Below are positions 47,482-57,610 of a stretch of DNA of 64,000 bases, piece after piece. The position numbers and the translations under genes were made by a program. The notes under the pieces are model-generated. The model ran no database searches. It had not been told where the DNA came from and saw only the letters and a program-made list of their open reading frames with translations. Each line of letters begins with the position of its first letter. Within the stretch, counting starts at the first letter, position 1. Source of the stretch: Candidatus Sumerlaeota bacterium (GTDB lineage: Bacteria; Bacillota; SLNR01); assembly GCA_040766585.1 (NCBI GenBank), contig JAXGQE010000012.1, forward strand, positions 20,504-84,503. Reading direction: 5' to 3'.

Positions 47482-47811
47482 AGCAATCCCCTCTCGCTCC
47501 GTAGGTCCCGGCAATCCGGGCATACAATATTACTGATTTTTCGTCATAGGATCCTTTATCCACGGCCATCTTATTCAATCACTGTGGATCGATATTGGAC
47601 AACTGTTCATATGAATACTCTTTGAGTTAAAAGGCCAGTAAATATGCAACCCCCAATGCTTGGATGAGCCATTGCTATTCATCTTTTCCTGTCCCATACT
47701 AATTCTGTTCTCGGCCAATCTATACCTTGAAAGCGCTGAAGGTTTTGCAGTGAATGGTCCTCTCTTGCTTTGTGGCAGATTTCTTCTCTGATCAAAATAC
47801 GGGTGAGGAAT
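47482..47811 (-). promoter_or_regulatory. ~330-nt 5' leader/intergenic region upstream of cysK (candidate cis-regulatory RNA; class not identified)
   Basis: No ORF. Contains a local hairpin cccgg-attg-ccggg next to the RBS. No T-box or S-box core recognised by eye. Confidence 0.3.
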
Positions 47812-48486
47812 TTATCCGCTGATCCCAGTAAAAACTTTCTCTGCGGGATCCCATCGTAAAGTGTTTATGTACTGGTACTGGATATCCCCGTTTTCATAGA
47901 GCGGATGGAAAATGTGCAGCGCACCGTCTGAGTATGAATAGACAGCATCGGCTTGTGGATTTTCTTCAAATACATTTATCACAATCCACTCTCCTTCCTG
48001 GATCTGCAGGACCTGAATGTCGGTGGCCGTTATGCCCTGAAATGTGGATGAACCGATAAACAGAAAACACTGTTGGTGATCCGAACCATCCAGAAGAGCC
48101 AGCGACACCTGATCCGCACCATACGAATACTGGCTGATCCACTTTAAATTATCCGCCGTACAAACCACCACCAAAGTCCGGTCCAAACCGACTGCATGGG
48201 GAGCATCGGTGCATTTGAATATTGCCACACATTCGGATGCATTGGGTGATGTGAAACTCCCATACATGATTGTCTCCAGCCGAATCAAATCCGCCAGCGG
48301 TCGAAGGGGTTCATACATTAAGTAGTCATCCAGATTGCGGTCAATCTGGTCCATGATTCGCTGGGATACGGCTGCATAACTGAAAATCACCGGATCCGAA
48401 TCTTTGTCCCCCTTATTCAATTGACATCCGGAAAGGACCAACGCTGCAAGCAGGATCAGTATGAAAACCGGCTTTCTGATCATGAC
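47812..48486 (-). CDS. Lipoprotein of unknown function
   Basis: MIRKPVFILILLAALVLSGCQ lipobox. RBS GAGGGG. Confidence 0.55.
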   Translation of the reverse strand, partial: VMIRKPVFILILLAALVLSGCQLNKGDKDSDPVIFSYAAVSQRIMDQIDRNLDDYLMYEPLRPLADLIRLETIMYGSFTSPNASECVAIFKCTDAPHAVGLDRTLVVVCTADNLKWISQYSYGADQVSLALLDGSDHQQCFLFIGSSTFQGITATDIQVLQIQEGEWIVINVFEENPQADAVYSYSDGALHIFHPLYENGDIQYQYINTLRWDPAEKVFTGISG

Positions 48487-48575
48487 GATCCCCTCTTTTA
48501 TAAGATAGTATGGAAAGTTTCGCAATCGGAAATGCCACAGTGGGACTGCTTGTATTTTCAGTGCCTCAGCAGTTG

Positions 48576-49424
48576 CTAACCACCCTGACTGGGAGTCTGG
48601 GTTTCTTTTAAAAACGATTGCCACTCATACACAATGCCGGATAAGGTATCATCCAGATACTCCAATGCTCTGCATTTGATTGACTGAGGTACTCCGTAGT
48701 ACGCTTCGGCAATACCTCCTGTAATCGCGGCCAGTGTATCGCTGTCACCGCCGATGGATATGGCACTGCGGATGGCATCTTCAAAGTCAGTGGATTCCAA
48801 AAATGCCTCAATGGCCTGCGGTACCGTCTCTTGGCAGGTTTCATTGAACGCATAGGTATCTCGAATCCCATCCAGGGTAAACGAAAGAGGATAATACTGC
48901 TCATGAACCATCCTCCGAATGGCATCCCGGGTGAATCCGCTTCGGGCTAGAAAAATACATACAGCCGCAGCTTCAGCCCCTTTGATTCCTTCCGGGTGGT
49001 TGTGAGTCACTCCGGTCACCATCGCTGAAATACGGCGAGTGTCTGAAAGAGACCGGGCGTAAAACCCCACGGGGCTGATTCGCATGGCGGCACCGTTCCC
49101 GAAACTGTTGTAAGGAGCGGGATTACGATGATGGATCCATTGCGAGAACATCCCGCCGTAGCCGCCGTCGGGATAGTCTCGTCCCATTTGCTGCATCCTC
49201 AGTATGGTATTTCTTCTCAGGGCAGCCGAATAATTCTCCAGATTGTCGGCTGAAGGATATCCAAGTTGAGTCTCTGTATCCATCAGTGCCTTCGCTACTG
49301 CCAGTGTCATTAGCGTATCGTCAGTGACTTTGCATGTTTGGCTGAACAGATCAAACACCTTGCTGCGGTGATTATCAAATTCAAAACGGGAACCGACAAT
49401 ATCACCCACAATGGCTCCAATCAT
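48576..49424 (-). CDS. ADP-ribosylglycohydrolase-family protein
   Basis: N-terminal IGAIVGDIVG, C-terminal GGDSDTLAAITGG metal-binding motif. Confidence 0.75.
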   Translation of the reverse strand: MIGAIVGDIVGSRFEFDNHRSKVFDLFSQTCKVTDDTLMTLAVAKALMDTETQLGYPSADNLENYSAALRRNTILRMQQMGRDYPDGGYGGMFSQWIHHRNPAPYNSFGNGAAMRISPVGFYARSLSDTRRISAMVTGVTHNHPEGIKGAEAAAVCIFLARSGFTRDAIRRMVHEQYYPLSFTLDGIRDTYAFNETCQETVPQAIEAFLESTDFEDAIRSAISIGGDSDTLAAITGGIAEAYYGVPQSIKCRALEYLDDTLSGIVYEWQSFLKETQTPSQGG

Positions 49425-49773
49425 AGGAAAATCCATCCTTTCATATCAGGATCGAATGCTGATCTTTATTCATAAAATTCAAAGAAAGGTAGATAAATAT
49501 TTCCCCCGCAACAGTCAGATATGTACATCACTTCTTCTCTGGACCCAATACCCATTACTTGGGTAATCTTCAAAAAGACTCGTAAGGGTTAGATTGCCCC
49601 GTTACCACGGAAGGGAGGACTGAAAGATTTACGTTACAATAATCCGTGTATTTCTGGTATGATGTGTGTAGTGCTGATTTTATTTTTCTGCTTCTGCGGC
49701 GTTTTCGATCTACTGAGTGCTGAATCTATCTTCAGTATACCATCTATGGAATATCCCATCATGATTGGTAGGG

Positions 49774-50745
49774 ATGATGATGAAAGACACTTCTTCAAAG
49801 ATTAATCAGGAATTGCGCGCCCGAGGGATCGGGTTTCATCGGATCAATCCGACATTCACAGAATCCCGGCTGCGCCTTCTTCACAAGATCACTCGAAAAA
49901 TCCACTTTGCGCAGAGGGATCCTCGCTTGAGTATTCGTCGTATTTGGATTCCTCGTTCCGACGGATCCATCATGCGGATGCTTATTTTTAGTCCTCGCAA
50001 CTTTCAGGGGGAAGTACCTGGGGTACTCTGGTTTCACGGGGGCGGTTATGCCATCGGTTCGCCGGAACAGTCCTTGGGATTTGCCCGGATCCTGACTCAA
50101 TCAGCACCCTGTGTGGTTGTTTCCCCCGATTATCGTCTCTCACCTGAGTCTCCGTATCCCGCTGCTTTGGATGATGCCTACACCGCACTGGTGTGGATGA
50201 AAAACCACGCTCTCGAAATGGGGATTCGTTCTAATCAGATCATGGTGGGGGGTGACAGCGCCGGAGGAGGTCTGGCTGCGGCACTGTGTCTCTATGCCCG
50301 CGATGAATCGGAGATTCAAATTGCTTTTCAGATGCCTCTGTATCCAATGCTGGATGACCGTATGACTACCCCATCGGCTCAAAACAACAACGCTCCCATT
50401 TGGAATTCTGAATCCAACTACAACAGCTGGAAGCTTTATCTGGGGGATTTATTCGGTTCAGAGGATGTCCCGTATTATGCAGCACCTGCACGGGCAGTCG
50501 ACCACACAAGACTGCCTCCTGCGGCTACTTTCGTGGGTGAACTGGAGCCGTTTCGTGATGAGACGGTTGAATATGTGAAAAATCTAACGGATGCAGGCAT
50601 TCCGGTGCAGTTCCGTCTATTCCCGGGATGTTACCATGCATTTGACCAGATCTGCCCCCATGCTGCTGTCAGCCGGGAAGCCGCTTCGTTTTTAGCCAAT
50701 GCGTTTCAGTACGCTGTAAACCACTATTTCGCTGAACAGCTGTAG
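49774..50745 (+). CDS. Alpha/beta hydrolase, HSL-type esterase/lipase
   Basis: HGGGY oxyanion motif and GDSAGG nucleophile elbow. Extended -10 TGGTATGAT ~90 nt upstream. Confidence 0.8.
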   Translation: MMMKDTSSKINQELRARGIGFHRINPTFTESRLRLLHKITRKIHFAQRDPRLSIRRIWIPRSDGSIMRMLIFSPRNFQGEVPGVLWFHGGGYAIGSPEQSLGFARILTQSAPCVVVSPDYRLSPESPYPAALDDAYTALVWMKNHALEMGIRSNQIMVGGDSAGGGLAAALCLYARDESEIQIAFQMPLYPMLDDRMTTPSAQNNNAPIWNSESNYNSWKLYLGDLFGSEDVPYYAAPARAVDHTRLPPAATFVGELEPFRDETVEYVKNLTDAGIPVQFRLFPGCYHAFDQICPHAAVSREAASFLANAFQYAVNHYFAEQL

Positions 50746-50977
50746 AAACAGGGCAAGCCACAGTAGGCAGAATCTTTCTTTGTATGGATTTTAGTTGCAT
50801 CCCATCTTCCACATTCAAAAGAACACCTATCGAACTTCATGAACGAAAACCATCATGAAGTTTTTTTATATTTTGAATACCCCAGATGGCGCCTGTGTCT
50901 TGGAAAGAAGGTGCATTCGACGATGAGTTTTACAATCAGTTCGATGTCACCTGTCAGCGTGTTTCATCCAATAGGAA

Positions 50978-51406
50978 CTAGGATCGAATCTCGCCGTGAT
51001 AATCCCCTTTTTCATAGCACCACCGGGCAATATCCGCAATTAAATCCAGAGGAATCGGTTGGTCATACGGAAATTGAATCGCCCCTTTGCTTCTTTTCAC
51101 ATTTCCCAACCGATCGGCAAATGCCTCAATCGCCTCCGGCCCGGGATAGAGTCCCATATGGTTCGTAAACGCGGCAAAATGGATGATGTTGTGCTTCAGC
51201 CAAAAAGTCGGCATGCGCCAGGAGATTCGTTCTTGTGCATCCGGAAGAGCCTTTCGAATGGCCAAACGCACTTGATGCAGGATTGGTTGGATCGAAACCG
51301 GTTGACTGGCTATGTATTCATCGATGGATGATATGGTATGATTGCTATCAGGATCCTGTTTCGGTGGTTCTTCTGCCTGCGTAATGGATTTTCGCTTCTT
51401 AATCAT
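50978..51406 (-). CDS. DUF1801-domain protein (YdhG-like)
   Basis: ISWRMPTFWLKHNIIHFAAFTNHMGLYPG. RBS GAGGGA. Confidence 0.6.
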   Translation of the reverse strand: MIKKRKSITQAEEPPKQDPDSNHTISSIDEYIASQPVSIQPILHQVRLAIRKALPDAQERISWRMPTFWLKHNIIHFAAFTNHMGLYPGPEAIEAFADRLGNVKRSKGAIQFPYDQPIPLDLIADIARWCYEKGDYHGEIRS

Positions 51407-51442
51407 ATCGATCCCTCTTTTCATTGATGCCATCCGCGATAG

Positions 51443-51898
51443 TCAATCCTTCTGCTCCCCCCACCGATATTTTCGGTTATGCACCAACCGTTCCCGGTCG
51501 CAGTTGAGGCACAAACCGTTGTGGCAGCATATTAAGTTTTGACAATCAGGGCATTTCCACTGTTGGTCTTCTTTTTCCAGAAAAGCCTGCATCCCGAAAT
51601 CCCTGATGTAATCTAAATTGGCAATCATGCTCATATGGTATTTCGTCCGATATCGTTTATCCAAACTTTTTAACCGTTTGCATGGGTATTCTTCGCACTC
51701 AAAGCAGAACCGGATCTTTCCGGTTCCGATCCGTTCGCACTGATCACTCATATGAGTGCAAAATTTCCCTCGGGGAATGCATCCGGGACAATAGGTGCGG
51801 TGAAATCCATATTGGTTTAGATCCACCACTTTGGCCTGATACGCAATACAGAGTCCACAATTCATGCCGCAAGGAGCAATCAATTCATCCTGCAACAT
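51443..51898 (-). CDS. DUF3795-family Cys-rich protein (putative metal-binding)
   Basis: CGMNCGLC...CPGC...CFECEEYPC...CPDCQNLICC pattern typical of DUF3795. Confidence 0.55.
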   Translation of the reverse strand: MLQDELIAPCGMNCGLCIAYQAKVVDLNQYGFHRTYCPGCIPRGKFCTHMSDQCERIGTGKIRFCFECEEYPCKRLKSLDKRYRTKYHMSMIANLDYIRDFGMQAFLEKEDQQWKCPDCQNLICCHNGLCLNCDRERLVHNRKYRWGEQKD

Positions 51899-51955
51899 CT
51901 CTTTTCATCCTTTCCTTTTATCACTGGGTATATAGACTGGGCTGCATAACACACA

Positions 51956-52930
51956 TCAGCTTCCTTGGGATGAAATGCTCTTTTTGATGTCAACGAGAAA
52001 CTTATGAGCTTCCTCAGCAATGGTCTCGGCCTTGTCATAATGGATATAATGGCTCGTATCCAACACTATGCTGTCGCCGGTTTTCAGCTGCTGCAGAAAA
52101 TCCTCCATCGTTTGTCCCCACCCGGGTACCGCGTTCTCTTGTTCTGTGGAGACGAAGAACAGCATGGGGGTATTGGCTGGCACTTTACCCGCCTCAACTT
52201 TTTTCGCATTGCTTGGCATATCATCGATTTCTCGAATCATATCCTTGGAGAACCCGTTTCGATAAAAACATGCCATATATTGATCCATGTCTTCTTTGGA
52301 AATTCTGCCTTCCTCTGCCAGCGGAAACCGTTTTCTCAGTTCAGCATCCGGAACCCATCGGATGAGTCCCGTTTTCACAAACCGATGCATCCATGTAAGC
52401 ATCCCTTTTTGTTCAATGGGCAGGATACTGACCGCTTTGGGTGTGCACGGATCCAGCCCGATGACCGCATGGATCTCATGGGGATACAACTGCGTCCAAT
52501 AGATGGCTTCAAGTCCCGCCATGGAATGGGGTATCAATACAAACGGGCCCGATTCACCAGCCCGTTCCAATGCATGGCGAGTTTCTTCAAGAACCTGAGA
52601 GATATCTCTGGAACAATCGGAAGAATGACTCCACCCATATCCCGGTCTCTCAACCACCGCAATCCGAAATCCTGGAATCATCCGTCTCCATAGAGGCTTG
52701 AAATCAATGGTTGGTGCCGCTGTACCATGACCCGCCATAAATACACAAGTGTGTTCTCCATTCCCTTCTGCATACACATGAATACGCTGGCCGTTGACTT
52801 GAACCACTTTCCCTGGAGGCGGATAGTGATCTGCCTCTTGCGCTAGACTTTTCTTGTGTTTCACCCATCCTATGATGAGGATGCCGATCACAATCAACAA
52901 AGCTACCCCCAACAATTTAAAAAAAAGCAT
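51956..52930 (-). CDS. Membrane-anchored alpha/beta hydrolase
   Basis: N-terminal TM helix and HSMAG nucleophile elbow. RBS GGAGG. Confidence 0.7.
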   Translation of the reverse strand: MLFFKLLGVALLIVIGILIIGWVKHKKSLAQEADHYPPPGKVVQVNGQRIHVYAEGNGEHTCVFMAGHGTAAPTIDFKPLWRRMIPGFRIAVVERPGYGWSHSSDCSRDISQVLEETRHALERAGESGPFVLIPHSMAGLEAIYWTQLYPHEIHAVIGLDPCTPKAVSILPIEQKGMLTWMHRFVKTGLIRWVPDAELRKRFPLAEEGRISKEDMDQYMACFYRNGFSKDMIREIDDMPSNAKKVEAGKVPANTPMLFFVSTEQENAVPGWGQTMEDFLQQLKTGDSIVLDTSHYIHYDKAETIAEEAHKFLVDIKKSISSQGS

Positions 52931-53410
52931 TAACCTCCATCATCCCTTTCGAGTTTGATCTCTTTTCGTCCCGTTCATCCTTGGATTGTGTGGCGTTTTT
53001 GCCCGTTAACCAAGCCTGTCTCTGAACAGCAGTCTTTAAATTGCTTTACCGTATGGAATCATCTTCTTTCACTATGACTGAATGTGAATCAGACAGTGAG
53101 ATTGCAGATCGGGCGGTATTCTCACATCCCATACCCTTACCTGATAGTTTAGATTGGCGTAAAGAATGGAAAATCCTGCTGTTCCCGGGGTATTCGCCCG
53201 ACGGCAGTCAGCTCCTGATTCGGACCCTTCGATGGAGTTCTCCATGATTTCAACTGACCGGATTCTGATGAGAGCATGGAGTATTTCCGGTAAAAAAATG
53301 AACTGCTCCAGCTCTCTCGCAGAACAGTTCATTGATTGCTGTTCAATTTGCCAAAACCCCATGCGGCCTATGGTGCCCCCCGCTGAGCATCCCACCATGC
53401 TTGCTTTTGG

Positions 53411-53734
53411 CTAGTGCTTGGAATCAATCTTGCATGCCATCGGATCACTGTCAATATCGTCCGATATAATGTCAGCGTATTCCTCTTTATGCTTTTTCAG
53501 CCACACATTGGCGTAGGAACAGCTGGCGGATGCTTTGAAGCCCTTTTCTCTGAGATGGCTGGCAACAACCTCCATCATTTTCCCGGCTACACCCTGTCCC
53601 CGTAAAACCGGATTCACAAAGGTATGATCAATATCCACTTCACCATTGTCTTTCTTGATAAACGTGGTTTCAGCCATTAGTTCGTTCTTGTCATCGACGC
53701 TGAAAATCCGACCTTCTTCATATTTCCAGTCCAT
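53411..53734 (-). CDS. Small GNAT-like acetyltransferase (YjdJ/Acetyltransf_CG-like)
   Basis: VDIDHTFVNPVLRGQGVAGKMMEVVASHLREKGFKASASCSYA. Start at the internal ATG with RBS AGGAGGG. The upstream part of the track ORF is unlikely to be coding. Confidence 0.6.
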   Translation of the reverse strand: MDWKYEEGRIFSVDDKNELMAETTFIKKDNGEVDIDHTFVNPVLRGQGVAGKMMEVVASHLREKGFKASASCSYANVWLKKHKEEYADIISDDIDSDPMACKIDSKH

Positions 53735-54065
53735 ACAATACCCTCCTGTCGGATCAAATATATTTACTACATAATCTATTGCACAAACTCCTTCAATATC
53801 CTTCTTGGTGAGCTGATGCATCCCGGTATGAAATGATTTTGATTGGTGATCAGAACGAGAGATTTCCAAACCATGGCAGTGTAAGCTTTCCGTAATTTTA
53901 CTGTACACATCCATAAACCACACGCTGCCTCATATCGATTCATAGCATCTTTTCTGGTAAGAGCCCTCATGAATATCTAAGCATCCACGAAGTATGATTC
54001 TGTGTCCCCCAAAAAAAGCTGGGATCTGCTTACTGCTGCTCCCGGTTTCTTATGATGTTGAGTCA

Positions 54066-54911
54066 TTAGCTCCATTCGATATCTGTAATGCCAACAGTGA
54101 AATCGATTAAGTCATCCTTTTGCAGCAGTGCATGAAGCTCGTAACCTGTTTTAGTGGGATAGATTTCATCATACAGCCACCATGCTCCGGATATGCGCTG
54201 ATCTTGCTTGATCACTGTACAGTTTTTTAATACGATACGATCTATGGAGGTAAACCCTCCGGAATTATCCAGTGTAATGATTCGATCCTTTCCTCTTTTT
54301 TGAGAAGACCGAATCCGGCAGTCATGCAGGGTAACGAATTTCATAAAGGCAGGAATTCTATGGGCAAAATTCTTCTTGGTCTCCGCTCTGTACATTTTTG
54401 CTGCCTTGTCCACGGCCTTGCGATTCTCTCTGCAGTATGCGGTTATTTTCCTCTTCACATTCGGGGCAGCGTGGTCTAGTGCCAACACGCGAATATCCGC
54501 CACCATTTCGAGGATGTCAGAAGGCAAATATTGTTTCAGATGAGCGATACTCTGCCGGAACGTTTTTCGAAAGTTTTTCTTTTCCTGCCGTGCATCAAAG
54601 GGTTTTCTGCTAGCCAGATGAGCCCGGGCTCTTTCGATGGTTTCAACAACTTTCTGGTGCAGAATCCGTTGCTCTTCGGATGGAACTGAGTCCTCGTATG
54701 GCTGATTCAGATCCAACTCTCCGGGATACAGATCCTCAAATTGAATGGAAGCTACCTCTTGCTGCAGTTGGATCCATTTGCTTTCCTCCTGTTGATAAAT
54801 TTCATGAAAGTACCTTTCTGAAAATGTGTCTGCCTTGGAGGAAACCTTCAAAAGCAGATGCAAATCCGTTTTTTGCATGGTCTCGTACCATTCTTTCGTG
54901 AAATACTTCAT
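54066..54911 (-). CDS. DUF4085-family protein
   Basis: N-terminal MKYFTKEWYE signature. RBS GGTGGGTGA. Confidence 0.65.
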   Translation of the reverse strand: MKYFTKEWYETMQKTDLHLLLKVSSKADTFSERYFHEIYQQEESKWIQLQQEVASIQFEDLYPGELDLNQPYEDSVPSEEQRILHQKVVETIERARAHLASRKPFDARQEKKNFRKTFRQSIAHLKQYLPSDILEMVADIRVLALDHAAPNVKRKITAYCRENRKAVDKAAKMYRAETKKNFAHRIPAFMKFVTLHDCRIRSSQKRGKDRIITLDNSGGFTSIDRIVLKNCTVIKQDQRISGAWWLYDEIYPTKTGYELHALLQKDDLIDFTVGITDIEWS

Positions 54912-55549
54912 ACTTTTCACCCACCCAATAGACTAAATTTGTCCTGAGGCATGAATTGCCTATCCTGCATACGCACGTTATCCATAGCCTTTCTTTTTCG
55001 GAATGTACACCTGAGCTAACCCATTCATTCAGAGTATACCCTTTCAGTGAAATGATCTGCCTGTAATTTTGGTATTCTATCGTACTGTCTTCGAATATTC
55101 GTCAAGCTGTGGCAGTATCCCCTTCTTGGTAAAGAGGTACCGTAAATCTTTGATCCCAAGCTTTTGAATCTTTGCTGAACGTATCGGTTACGAACCCTGT
55201 AAACCAGATGAGTTTTCTCTCGTAGGTGTTTGACCTTTCTGACCGGTTAAAAATGATCGATCAAAATAGAGGCTGCCTAGCTTTTTTCGATTTTCTGATT
55301 CCCCTGGCCAGTGTCCATATTAACTCAGATAGTGGACGGCGTGTTATCCGACCTCATTGTATCATTCATCCGATGGTCCGAAAATCTATTCTTCTGGTCT
55401 GCCCTGAAAATACTGTCTGAAATCTTGGCTGAAATTTCCTTCTGGTAACATCTATCGCCGTATTCTGCTGTCCATCCTGCAAACGGTATTCTGCAAGGTG
55501 TCGGTCTCTGCAGATCGAATGCCGATAGGGATGAGTGGAAATTGATCAT

Positions 55550-55590
55550 AACAAAACCGGTCTCGAAAGCTGAGACCGGTTTTGTCTGAT
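55550..55590. terminator. Bidirectional intrinsic terminator downstream of AGCS symporter gene
   Basis: 12-bp perfect stem aaaaccggtctc/gagaccggtttt with a gaaagct loop. Confidence 0.65.
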
Positions 55591-55621
55591 GAGACACCTT
55601 GAATCAAGAGAAGTCTTGATC

Positions 55622-57037
55622 TTACGGTTTGAATTCGTAGCTGACAATCGGAGGATTCTTGCCTGCTTCCAGTTCCGGCAGGTAGCGATCCACGAAGTCG
55701 TAATGCAGTTTGAAGATTTCTTTTCTCAGTACCCACAGGATAACGAGTGTGGCAGTAACCCCGATGATGGTGGCTGTGTCTGTGACCAACCACAGAAGAC
55801 CGGTGTCTGCCCCTGACAGGAAGATCGGGCCCAAGAAGTAGGCAATGAACACCCATGTAGCGATCTTGTTGGCATGAGTGTCGCCGAAGATGTAGTTGAC
55901 GTTCTTTTCACCTGCGTAGTAGGCGGAAAGAAGTGTGGTCCAGGCAAACAGAGCGCCAGCGATGGCTACGACCACTCCACCAAAATACCCGAAGGCAATC
56001 TGGAAGGCGGCAGTTGTCAATGCGGCTCCGGTAACGCCCGGATTCAGTACATGAGCATTGGTGAACAGGATGGAGAAACCAGTGATGGAACATACAACGA
56101 TGGTATCAATGAAGTTTTCGCCCCAACCCCAGGAAGCCTGACGCACCGGATGGTCGGTAATGGCGGCTGCATGAGCGCCCATCCCGGATCCCATCCCGGA
56201 TTCATTGGAATACACACCACGGGCAATCCCCCAACGGGTAGCCATGGCCACCGATGCTCCGGCAAATCCGCCGGCTGCCAGTGCAGGTGAAAACGCATAA
56301 CGAATGATGGACATGAACACAGAAGGAATCAATGCGAAGTTCTGGATGATCAGCGCAATACCAGCGATGATGTACAGCATCGCCATGAACGGTACTACCT
56401 TGTCCGCAACGGAGGCAATACGCCGTACGCCGCCGATGATGGTAACGCCCAATGTGATGAAAATGATAACGATCCCGATCATCAGGTCAAAACCGAATGC
56501 CTGCTTCATGGATGTGGCAACAGCGTTGGTCTGTACCAGCAAGCTCCACGGAGATGTCAAAAATGCCTGCCAGGCCAATACATAGGCCAAGCCTCTCCAT
56601 CCCAGTGCATTCTTCATAACATAGTTACGGCCGGCCAGGTATTCGTCCAATGATTCGAATCGAACACGATACCGTTGTCCCAGAATAATTTCGCCCGCTT
56701 TGGTGGCCATACCGACCATGGCGGTCATCCACATCCAGAACAGTGCGCCAGGACCTCCGGCGGTAATCGCTACGGCTACCCCGGATACGTTCCCTGTACC
56801 GATTGTGGATGCAATGGCTGTGGCAGCTGCCTGGAAACCAGTGACTGTGCCGACGCCGGTTTTGGACTTGTCAAACATCTTGCCAAATGTGTTCTTCATG
56901 TGGAACATCCAGCGAAGCTGGTAATACCCTTTGGTTCCAATAGTTAGCATTAAGCCGGTTCCTAAGACCCCGATAAACAGAGGGGGACCCCAGAAAAAGT
57001 TACTGATGGTTCCAACAATTTGTTCTAACAGAGCCAA
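55622..57037 (-). CDS. Alanine/glycine:cation symporter (AGCS family)
   Basis: ~11 TM. N-terminal region ...NFFWGPPLFIGVLGTGLMLT typical of AGCS. Probable TTG start at 57037 preceded by AGGAGGG. Confidence 0.8.
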   Translation of the reverse strand: MALLEQIVGTISNFFWGPPLFIGVLGTGLMLTIGTKGYYQLRWMFHMKNTFGKMFDKSKTGVGTVTGFQAAATAIASTIGTGNVSGVAVAITAGGPGALFWMWMTAMVGMATKAGEIILGQRYRVRFESLDEYLAGRNYVMKNALGWRGLAYVLAWQAFLTSPWSLLVQTNAVATSMKQAFGFDLMIGIVIIFITLGVTIIGGVRRIASVADKVVPFMAMLYIIAGIALIIQNFALIPSVFMSIIRYAFSPALAAGGFAGASVAMATRWGIARGVYSNESGMGSGMGAHAAAITDHPVRQASWGWGENFIDTIVVCSITGFSILFTNAHVLNPGVTGAALTTAAFQIAFGYFGGVVVAIAGALFAWTTLLSAYYAGEKNVNYIFGDTHANKIATWVFIAYFLGPIFLSGADTGLLWLVTDTATIIGVTATLVILWVLRKEIFKLHYDFVDRYLPELEAGKNPPIVSYEFKP

Positions 57038-57134
57038 TGATATCCCTCCTAAAATGTAATACATACTTGCCTTTAGCCATCAGTGATTCATTTATTTGCA
57101 TTCTCACCCCCCACTTAAGATACGGAACATTGAT

Positions 57135-57431
57135 AATATTCATTATATTACTAATATTAAATATATTCTGAATATTTAACATATTTTCAAAAACTCCTTC
57201 TAGTTTCGCGGGCAAAATAAAAAAATATTTTCGTAAAGTCAGCATCTAGATTATGTCGTTGGCGGGTCGATGCACCCGGATGATATCCACTTCAAACCAC
57301 ACAAATAGACGCTCGATCCGATACCATCCATACCAAATTCAACTCTTCGATGCGGCTTATTTCACGCGCATTATTACGTGAATATTAAAAATATTAGGAA
57401 TGTTAGAAATATTCTAAATATTTGTTGCTTT
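57135..57431. repeat. AT-rich region with imperfect direct repeats built from AATATT-type palindromic boxes (e.g. ATATTC-T-GAATAT) and a CodY-box-like ATATTTTCAAAAA
   Basis: ATATTCTGAATATTTAAC at ~57166 versus ATATTCTAAATATTTGTT at ~57411. Seen directly. Confidence 0.45.
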
Positions 57432-57444
57432 TTTCTTTTCACTT

Positions 57445-57507
57445 TGCTACAATCGAATTGCCACGATTTACCCTGAGGGCGCCATTGGATCAGGTGCTCT
57501 CTTTTTT
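57445..57507 (+). ncRNA. Candidate tiny transcription unit: extended -10 promoter (TGcTACAAT) followed within ~25 nt by an intrinsic terminator (gagggcgcc...ggtgctctc + TTTTTT)
   Basis: Structure read from the sequence. 9-bp stem with two G-U pairs and a T6 tail on the plus strand. No downstream plus-strand gene. Confidence 0.25.
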
Positions 57508-57570
57508 GACCTATCCAGTTCTCTTTCCACCAGAACAGATGTAAGCTGAAATGAAAATCCGAAATCTCAC

Positions 57571-57610
57571 AAAAAAACCAGCCGTTGTGATTTGTATCAC
57601 TCTGACTGGT
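57571..57610 (-). terminator. Putative terminator downstream of HEAT-repeat protein gene
   Basis: Imperfect stem (ccag..gtgat / atcac..ctgg) followed by ttttttt on the minus strand. Confidence 0.35.

Noticed and set aside
47482-47811. T-box or SAM-I riboswitch in the cysK leader
   Set aside because: No AGGGTGGNACCGCG T-box sequence and no S-box core were recognisable. Kept only as an unclassified long leader.
53072-53414. Overlapping 108-aa (minus) and 82-aa (plus) ORFs
   Set aside because: Neither has an RBS, a domain signature or codon-usage distinction. Reported only as an unassigned gap.
57065-57500. Glycine riboswitch upstream of the AGCS alanine/glycine symporter
   Set aside because: Looked for the conserved GGAGAG, ACCGAAGGGGCAA and CUCAGGCAAAAGGAC elements on the minus strand and did not find them. 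The leader is instead AT-rich repeats.
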